Shown one piece after another: positions 1 through 4,688 of a DNA stretch of 5,525 nucleotides (the stretch's first letter is position 1; every line of letters starts with the position of its first letter). The notes below the pieces were generated by a model that saw only the letters and a list, made by a program, of their open reading frames with translations, did not search any database and was not told the origin of the DNA. The stretch is from positions 1-5,525 of IMG/VR virus record IMGVR_UViG_3300025641_000002. The stretch is one strand, 5' to 3'. This DNA comes from a virus. The translations under genes and the position numbers were made by a program.

Positions 1-46
1 AAAAATAGACGATTTTGATTATCTTGATGCATATTTTGGAAAATAA
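1..46 (+). CDS. Partial CDS: duplicated C-terminal 14 codons plus stop of the pilot/VP2-like protein (KIDDFDYLDAYFGK*)
   Basis: Same sequence and frame as 5399-5444; TAA at 44-46. Present only because of the circular wrap-around. Confidence 0.8.
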   Translation, partial: KIDDFDYLDAYFGK

Positions 47-47
47 A

Positions 48-116
48 ATGTGCGCCAAGTGTAAAAAAATACGAAAAATTATAACCAAAATCATTGCAAG
101 GAGAAAACGCAAATGA
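48..116 (+). CDS. Candidate 22-aa polybasic mini-protein MCAKCKKIRKIITKIIARRKRK (second copy at 5446-5514), possibly a J-like DNA-condensing peptide
   Basis: ATG at 48 lies 1 nt after the VP2-like stop (TAA 44-46). Its TGA (114-116) overlaps the capsid ATG (113-115) as ATGA. 11 of 22 residues are K or R. Caveat: the spacer is A-rich, which gives Lys codons for free, and the SD is weak. Confidence 0.25.
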   Translation: MCAKCKKIRKIITKIIARRKRK

Positions 117-1792
117 GAATGACTGAATTAATACCAAACAGCCCGATTGCTGTACAGAAATCGCGCCGATCTGCAAAAGGTCGAGTATTGACGTCAGGCG
201 ACGCAGGTAAAATCCTGCCGTTGAAATACGAATGGCTACACCGTGAAGACGGCGTGCAAAGCGGTAAAATCCGTATGAACGTTGAAATGATGGAAACATC
301 AGAAATGTTAATGAACGGTGTTGGCGTAACACTTTACGCACATTTTGTCCCAATGCTTGCATTTGACCGATTTAACGGATCAATGGACGAATTGAACCGA
401 TCATATAAAAAAGAAAATGGTGCCGCAGGAAGTGTAGTACCATTTTTTGAAACGAATAAATATTTTGATTATTCTACAAATAGTCAAGGTCAATCATCAG
501 GTACAAGTGGTTGGGATACACTTCAACCTACTCCATCAATAGGTATAGCCCAATTTTATCAAACAATGGGTATGCATTTTGAAACACAAAATTTAAACAC
601 AACAGTTGTTGAAGCATATAATGCAATTGTTAACCATAGACGCAAAGCGAGATCAAAATCATTACCATTAAGAAACGCATATGATCATACTTTAGCTGAT
701 GCGTTTTGGATTAATAATGGAATGCAAAATATCGTACCAGATTACGATCAATCATTGATTGACGGACAAGTAACACTTGCCGGATTGACATTCCAAGCGC
801 CAATAAAAGCACCATTTATGACACGTGATGGATATAATAATTCAGCTGCTGCAAATAACACAACTGGATTACCATCAAGTCAAGGATTTGCACCTGCAAT
901 GGCAGGAAGCGATATCATTGACCAAGGTGATATGTATTTATTTGAAGATATATACGCTGAGTTATCAACAGGCGGAAACGCAACAATGTCATTAGCTGAC
1001 ATTGAGCAAGCACGTAAAACAGCGGCATTTGCTAAATTAAGAGCAAAGTACGATGGAATAGATTCAGAGCATATTATTGACTTACTTATGAGCGGAATAC
1101 GTGTTCCAGAAGAAGCATTAAAACAACCAATATTATTGGGTCGTCAACGTGCAATGATAGGATTTAACCAACGTTATGCAACAGACGGCGCAAACTTGGA
1201 TAAGTCAGCAACAAACGGTATGGCAACAATTGACATGTCAATTAGAACACCGGCTATGAATACCGGCGGCGTTATAATGATAACTGCCGAAATAGTGCCA
1301 GAACAACTTTGGGAACGTAAGAAAGATTATTTCTTATACACAACAGACCCAGATACGTTACCTAACTATCTGTCTGATGTATTAGACCCAGAAAAAACGG
1401 CAGTTGTAAAAAATGACCACGCTGATGTAAACCATGCAACACCAGATGGAACATTTGGTTATGCACCATTAAACCATGAATGGCAAAGAGATGCGGTAAA
1501 TGTAGGTGGTAAATATTACCGCCCTGCAAATGACGCATTTGACGAAGACCGTGCAAAAATTTGGACGGCTGAGTCAATAAACCCATCGCTAAATGAAGAC
1601 TTTTATTTATGTTCAGGTTTGCACAAAAAAGTATTTGCCGATCAAGTATCAGACAGTTTCGAAATCACATGTCTTACAGATATGTCGATTGTAGGAAACA
1701 CCGTATTCGGTGCGGGACTACAAGAAACTGATGCAACATCTGATTACGACACAATCACTTCACAAGTCGATTCCTCGCGTATCGTTAAGTGA
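113..1792 (+). CDS. Major capsid protein, Microviridae F/VP1 family (559 aa)
   Basis: Longest ORF. AAGGAG at 98-103, 9 nt before the ATG. The size is typical of gokushovirus-type VP1. The N-terminal block AGKILPL...(about 35 aa)...LYAHFVPMLAF resembles the conserved G.l.P ... fFVP.R block of F/VP1 jelly-roll capsid proteins, as I recall it. The genomic context (Rep plus pilot protein in a 5.4-kb circle) fits. Confidence 0.88.
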   Translation: MRMTELIPNSPIAVQKSRRSAKGRVLTSGDAGKILPLKYEWLHREDGVQSGKIRMNVEMMETSEMLMNGVGVTLYAHFVPMLAFDRFNGSMDELNRSYKKENGAAGSVVPFFETNKYFDYSTNSQGQSSGTSGWDTLQPTPSIGIAQFYQTMGMHFETQNLNTTVVEAYNAIVNHRRKARSKSLPLRNAYDHTLADAFWINNGMQNIVPDYDQSLIDGQVTLAGLTFQAPIKAPFMTRDGYNNSAAANNTTGLPSSQGFAPAMAGSDIIDQGDMYLFEDIYAELSTGGNATMSLADIEQARKTAAFAKLRAKYDGIDSEHIIDLLMSGIRVPEEALKQPILLGRQRAMIGFNQRYATDGANLDKSATNGMATIDMSIRTPAMNTGGVIMITAEIVPEQLWERKKDYFLYTTDPDTLPNYLSDVLDPEKTAVVKNDHADVNHATPDGTFGYAPLNHEWQRDAVNVGGKYYRPANDAFDEDRAKIWTAESINPSLNEDFYLCSGLHKKVFADQVSDSFEITCLTDMSIVGNTVFGAGLQETDATSDYDTITSQVDSSRIVK

Positions 1793-1796
1793 TAAA

Positions 1797-1825
1797 ATGC
1801 GGGGTAGCTCTCCCCTACCCCGCAT
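1797..1825 (+). terminator. GC-rich stem-loop 5 nt after the capsid stop (11-bp stem, 7-nt loop)
   Basis: ATGCGGGGTAG (1797-1807), loop CTCTCCC, CTACCCCGCAT (1815-1825): a perfect complement. It is followed by AAATTT rather than a clean T-tract, so it is either a weak or partial terminator or a structural hairpin. Confidence 0.5.
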
Positions 1826-1846
1826 AAATTTAAAAAGGAAAATGAA

Positions 1847-2371
1847 ATGAATAGAATTAAACACGGCAATATAAGCAAATGGTCACAAGCAAAAGCGGGC
1901 GACGTAATTGAATTTGCATCAAGCAAACCAAGACATGTAAAGTTTGAAGTAACTGCAAACAGCAACATCGAAGTTTGGGTAGCAAACGATAATAAAATGT
2001 CTGACGCCGTATTGGTGGGAACATCAAACGGAAAAACAGAAATTCAATACACAGCAACCGCAACAACGTATGTGCAAATTAAAGCTGAAAAATCAGCGGC
2101 AGTATTTGTAAATATACCAGATATCGATCAATCAGTACAAAATAGCGATGAACCAAGTTTCACGTCTATTGAGCCACGTGTAAACAACAGCACTGAATTT
2201 GATCGTATGGTTGCATTTATGAAACACAACGAAACGCAACGTAATGCACAATTAGAAGCTGAAAGATCAGCTCTAAGAGCAGAAGTAGCAAAAATTAAAG
2301 CAGAAGCTGAAACAGTAGTTGAAGCGCCACAAGAGGCAGAAACAGAAGATGCAGGAGAAACCCCCGAGTAA
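1847..2371 (+). CDS. Hypothetical protein (174 aa): beta-rich N-terminal half plus acidic, helical E/A/K-rich C-terminal tail. Possibly a scaffold or other structural protein.
   Basis: ATG at 1847 with AAGGA at 1835-1839. It fills the capsid-to-peptidase gap with no competing frame. The C-terminus is NAQLEAERSALRAEVAKIKAEAETVVEAPQEAETEDAGETPE. I recognise no family motif. Confidence 0.7.
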   Translation: MNRIKHGNISKWSQAKAGDVIEFASSKPRHVKFEVTANSNIEVWVANDNKMSDAVLVGTSNGKTEIQYTATATTYVQIKAEKSAAVFVNIPDIDQSVQNSDEPSFTSIEPRVNNSTEFDRMVAFMKHNETQRNAQLEAERSALRAEVAKIKAEAETVVEAPQEAETEDAGETPE

Positions 2372-2885
2372 GTTTCTACGCTGGATACGGTTTATTGACC
2401 GTATCCAGTTTTGGCACCGCGATGAGCTGGTGCATAAAACACACGTAGAAGCGGCAAGATCATTAGCAGAACCTAATGCATCAAAATCACTCTGGGTTAA
2501 AATTCAGCAAACAGAAAACGATTATAGAGGGGTACACCCTGAAATAATTGAGTTTTGGAAAGCATTTTCCAAAGCAATGAAGCGACGCAATATACCATTG
2601 CGAGCGTTTGAATTTGTACGATCTGCAGAACGACAACAAGAGTTATACGATAAAGGCAGAAGCAAAGCATCTGCCGGATTTGGTGCGCACCAATATGGAA
2701 TGGCTGTGGATGTAATCCACGCCACACGCGCATGGCAATTAAGCAAAAAAGAATGGGACTGTATAGGAGCAGTCGGCAAAGAAATAGCGCGTAAAAGAAA
2801 CATAAAATTAGATTGGGGCGGAGATTGGAATTTCTACGATCCCGCACACTGGGAACTAGACAATTGGCAAGACCAAATCAAATAA
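2349..2885 (+). CDS. Zinc metallopeptidase family M15 (VanY / D-Ala-D-Ala carboxypeptidase-like, phage L-Ala-D-Glu endopeptidase-like): putative peptidoglycan hydrolase
   Basis: Motifs RSAERQQELYDKGRS, AHQYGMAVD (His codon 2688, Asp codon 2709) and DWGGDWNFYDPAHWE (His codon 2847) match the H-x6-D...H zinc site and WGG.W...D..H.E signature of M15 enzymes. The start is uncertain. The ORF-track start at 2319 is TTG. I prefer ATG 2349 (AAGAGG at 2331-2336). GTG 2430, downstream of the 2381-2412 hairpin, is also in frame. Confidence 0.85.
   Translation: MQEKPPSKFLRWIRFIDRIQFWHRDELVHKTHVEAARSLAEPNASKSLWVKIQQTENDYRGVHPEIIEFWKAFSKAMKRRNIPLRAFEFVRSAERQQELYDKGRSKASAGFGAHQYGMAVDVIHATRAWQLSKKEWDCIGAVGKEIARKRNIKLDWGGDWNFYDPAHWELDNWQDQIK
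2381..2412 (+). terminator. Intrinsic-terminator-shaped hairpin (10-bp perfect stem, 8-nt loop, TTTT) 10 nt after the 1847-2371 stop
   Basis: CTGGATACGG (2381-2390), loop TTTATTGA, CCGTATCCAG (2399-2408), then TTTT (2409-2412). It lies inside the 5' part of the peptidase ORF if that ORF starts at 2319 or 2349. Confidence 0.55.
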
Positions 2886-2891
2886 AAAACA

Positions 2892-2909
2892 GTAAGTTGA
2901 ATAACTTAC
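2892..2909 (+). other. Stem-loop GTAAGTT-GAAT-AACTTAC in the peptidase-Rep spacer
   Basis: 7-bp perfect stem with a 4-nt loop. The same arm sequences recur in the hairpin at 3138-3160. Confidence 0.5.
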
Positions 2910-2912
2910 ATA

Positions 2913-2955
2913 GGCAAACGGAACGGAAACTCCAAGTATTGGAGTTCCGTTTGCC
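2913..2955 (+). other. Long bulged stem-loop (11 bp + 6-nt bulge + 6 bp, 3-nt loop) in the peptidase-Rep spacer
   Basis: GGCAAACGGAA (2913-2923) pairs with TTCCGTTTGCC (2945-2955). CTCCAA (2930-2935) pairs with TTGGAG (2939-2944). The bulge is CGGAAA (2924-2929). There is no downstream T-tract, so it is not a classical terminator. Confidence 0.6.
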
Positions 2956-3025
2956 GACTAGATATCCCCTACCCTTGTTAAGATATGCATTTAGTGACAC
3001 CAAACGACAGGAACAGCAGTAAATT

Positions 3026-4060
3026 ATGTGCATCGCACCAGTAAAATTAGATGATGGGACGGAAGTTGGGTGTCGCGAATGCTGGCAATGCCGAAAACGT
3101 AGAGTTAACGATTACGTTGGAAGATGCATTGCCGAAAGTAAGTTTTCGAAAAAAACTTACGCTGTAACATTAACGTATGACGGAGACCAAGGCGTTAATG
3201 CAGTAACGTTAATTTATAAAGACGTTCAGGATTTTCTTAAAAGACTGCGTAAAAAACATAAATGTCGTTACATCGTTACTGGAGAATACGGTAGCGCAAA
3301 AGGACGTTCACATTGGCATATAATACTATTCTTTAAGGATAGTTGGCCAGAAGTGACGTCAAACAAAAGGGTAGATTGGAAATATTGGAAACATGGTTTT
3401 AGTTATTTTCAAGAACCGGACTGGAAGGGTTTTGAATATTGCCTAAAATATGTTCTGAAAGATCAGACATCAAGGCAAAGTGATAGCCACTTGGCTATGA
3501 GCAAAAAACCACCACTAGGACACGAGTTTTTTCAACAATTAGCAAAGCAATATGTTGAACAAGCCCTCGTCCCACAAACATATTTCTATAAGTTTGGAGA
3601 CGTCAGGGATTATAAAAACAGAGAAAAGGGGTTTATGATGCAAGGAAAAACAAGAGAAAATTTTATGGAAACTTTTGTCAACCAGTGGGAGGATACATAC
3701 TCTCACGAACCGTTATCGGAATTAGTAACAGACTATTACGACGATATAACGGAAATAGAGTACACGGACGAAGAACTGTACGAAAGATTGCATTATCAAC
3801 CTGTAAAATATGTAGAACCATGGATTGAAGGACAAGGAGACGGAATATTTAAAGATATAGAATTAGTAGAAGCAACGTATGACGGAATACCAATATGTTA
3901 TTGGGATAATAAAAACAAAACAGGCATACATATAGTGACGGAGAATGACGAATGGCACGAAAAAAGACCCGAAGTAATACAAACAATAAAACAAGGACAA
4001 CAAATACAACGACGGCGAACCTACGCCGAAGTACAGTACGCGGAATTGGACGAGGTATAG
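3026..4060 (+). CDS. Rolling-circle replication initiation protein (HUH endonuclease; Microviridae VP4 / gpA-like), 344 aa
   Basis: N-terminal Cys cluster MCIAP...GCRECWQC. Motif I AVTLTY. DFLKRLRKK...RYIVTGEYG. HUH motif HWHIILF (His codons 3311 and 3317). Tyrosine motif YCLKYVLK (Tyr codons 3437 and 3449). This arrangement is the classic gokushovirus-type VP4 layout as I know it. Confidence 0.93.
   Translation: MCIAPVKLDDGTEVGCRECWQCRKRRVNDYVGRCIAESKFSKKTYAVTLTYDGDQGVNAVTLIYKDVQDFLKRLRKKHKCRYIVTGEYGSAKGRSHWHIILFFKDSWPEVTSNKRVDWKYWKHGFSYFQEPDWKGFEYCLKYVLKDQTSRQSDSHLAMSKKPPLGHEFFQQLAKQYVEQALVPQTYFYKFGDVRDYKNREKGFMMQGKTRENFMETFVNQWEDTYSHEPLSELVTDYYDDITEIEYTDEELYERLHYQPVKYVEPWIEGQGDGIFKDIELVEATYDGIPICYWDNKNKTGIHIVTENDEWHEKRPEVIQTIKQGQQIQRRRTYAEVQYAELDEV
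3138..3160 (+). other. Stem-loop GTAAGTTTT-CGAAA-AAAACTTAC inside the Rep gene
   Basis: 9-bp perfect stem with a 5-nt loop. It shares the GTAAGTT/AACTTAC arms with 2892-2909. It lies in codons for ESKFSKKTY. Confidence 0.45.
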
Positions 4061-4254
4061 AAATATACAGTCCACCCGTTGAACAACGGGAGCGAACAGC
4101 CGAACCACCTCCCGAACGGGATCTAGCGAAGCGGAAAAAATCCCCGAAAAACTTTACGGTCAGAGATCTGCGGATAAGGTGTAAGGACAGACCTAAGAAA
4201 AACACCCCTACTGGGGGGTCAGGGTCTAAAAAAACATTTGTACCTTGGTGTTAA
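3952..4254 (+). CDS. Overprinted, highly basic 100-aa ORF (27 K+R, 8 D+E), possibly a DNA-binding or packaging protein
   Basis: ATG at 3952 with GGAG at 3940-3943 (8-nt spacer). It overlaps the last 109 nt of Rep in the -1 frame and then is the only open frame across 4061-4254. The C-terminal part is KRKKSPKNFTVRDLRIRCKDRPKKNTPTGGSGSKKTFVPWC. There is no internal canonical start after the Rep stop. Confidence 0.45.
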   Translation: MARKKTRSNTNNKTRTTNTTTANLRRSTVRGIGRGIEIYSPPVEQRERTAEPPPERDLAKRKKSPKNFTVRDLRIRCKDRPKKNTPTGGSGSKKTFVPWC

Positions 4255-4288
4255 AAGTAAAAAAATGATACATTTTTAAAAAAAGTGC

Positions 4289-4318
4289 TTTACATTCCCA
4301 AATGTACAAAGCTATAAA
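4289..4318 (+). promoter_or_regulatory. Candidate sigma70-type promoter TTTACA-18 nt-TATAAA in the largest noncoding region
   Basis: TTTACA at 4289-4294 and TATAAA at 4313-4318, in the AT-rich 4255-4415 spacer upstream of the mini-ORF / VP2 / capsid gene block. Pattern match only. Confidence 0.3.
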
Positions 4319-4415
4319 AACGTATGGGTCAACACAACGAGTCTCATCATGGTATCATAATATATATTATCGGCCATTGAGCGTTTTGACCCTTCTATAA
4401 AAGAAGGAGTAAAAA

Positions 4416-4595
4416 TTGCAATTACTACTAATCAAGCAAATTCTAAAACCGATTATCACAAGATGTGGTACTATGCTTGGCGCATCGCTTGCGGGCGCAG
4501 GAATAGCAGTTGGTACAACGGAAAGTATCGTTTTGGGATTTACCGCACTAGCGGGAGTATCGATCGACCTCATAACACGGAGGTGGATCAAATGA
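4416..4595 (+). CDS. Unannotated 59-aa small membrane protein (two Gly/Ala-rich hydrophobic segments, basic C-terminus), holin-like candidate
   Basis: TTG at 4416 preceded by AAGGAG (4404-4409, 6-nt spacer) and an in-frame TAA at 4410. Hand translation gives M(TTG)QLLLIKQILKPIITRCGTMLGASLAGAGIAVGTTESIVLGFTALAGVSIDLITRRWIK. The TGA at 4593-4595 overlaps the next ATG (ATGA). Confidence 0.5.
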   Translation: MQLLLIKQILKPIITRCGTMLGASLAGAGIAVGTTESIVLGFTALAGVSIDLITRRWIK

Positions 4596-4687
4596 AATTA
4601 AAAGACATCATTATAGCAACAGTAGCGGGAATAGTAATGGGTTTAGCCTTATTCTCGGATACGTTGTTAAACGCGGGAGTAATATAA
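4592..4687 (+). CDS. 31-aa single-pass membrane mini-protein MKLKDIIIATVAGIVMGLALFSDTLLNAGVI
   Basis: ATG at 4592 with GGAGG at 4579-4583 (8-nt spacer). It is ATGA-coupled to the upstream mini-ORF, and its stop at 4685-4687 is 1 nt before the VP2-like ATG. It is the C-terminal part of the 74-aa track ORF 4463-4687, whose N-terminal part looks non-coding. Confidence 0.5.
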   Translation: MKLKDIIIATVAGIVMGLALFSDTLLNAGVI

Positions 4688-4688
4688 T

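Larger units (their letters stand above)
1..127. repeat. Terminal direct repeat, copy 1 (wrap-around of a circular 5,398-nt genome)
   Basis: Nt 1-127 read identical to nt 5399-5525. Both copies run exactly to the window edges. They cut through coding sequence: the last 15 codons of the 4689-5444 ORF, the spacer, and the first 5 codons of the 113-1792 ORF. Confidence 0.97.

Noticed and set aside
1-127. Terminal 127-nt direct repeats as a biological DTR, LTR or mobile-element boundary
   Set aside because: The repeats end exactly at the window edges and cut through two coding sequences. This is the signature of a circular contig reported with overlap, not of insertion-sequence ends or packaging DTRs.
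2368-2375. Third copy of the octamer AGTAAGTT (also at 2891 and 3137)
   Set aside because: There is no complementary AACTTAC arm nearby. A few octamers recurring three times are expected by chance in an AT-rich 5.4-kb sequence. Only the two copies that form hairpins are reported.
2813-3022. 69-aa + strand ORF spanning the peptidase-Rep spacer
   Set aside because: TTG start inside the peptidase gene with no SD and an Arg/Leu/Gln-rich product. It runs straight through the two stem-loops at 2892-2955, which explain the region better as structured noncoding DNA.
3958-3966. A6 run (CGAAAAAAG) as a programmed -1 frameshift site fusing Rep to the basic ORF
   Set aside because: The A AAA AAG heptamer is in register with the basic-ORF frame, not the Rep frame, so canonical tandem slippage out of Rep is not supported. 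The basic ORF has its own ATG and SD. Transcriptional slippage cannot be excluded, but nothing requires it.
4377-4401. TTGAGC ... TATAAA as a second promoter just upstream of the mini-ORFs
   Set aside because: The spacer between the hexamers is only 13 nt, and TTGACC at 4386-4391 is only 4 nt from the -10-like element. Neither is compatible with sigma70 geometry.
1362-4591. All minus-strand track ORFs (1362-1586, 1744-1968, 1857-2066, 2497-2847, 2522-2803, 3849-4205, 3863-4108, 4367-4591)
   Set aside because: Each lies antisense to a well-supported + strand gene or across a spacer. Their compositions are odd (Leu/Phe/Cys/Arg-rich) and I noticed no SD for them. Microviridae express only one strand. 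I treat them as shadow ORFs.
4463-4591. N-terminal part of the 74-aa track ORF (MWYYAWRIACGRRNSSWYNGKYRFGIYRTSGSIDRPHNTEVDQ)
   Set aside because: No SD before ATG 4463 and an implausible W/Y/R-rich sequence. The same DNA in the frame of TTG 4416 gives an SD-preceded membrane protein, and the ATG at 4592 has its own GGAGG.
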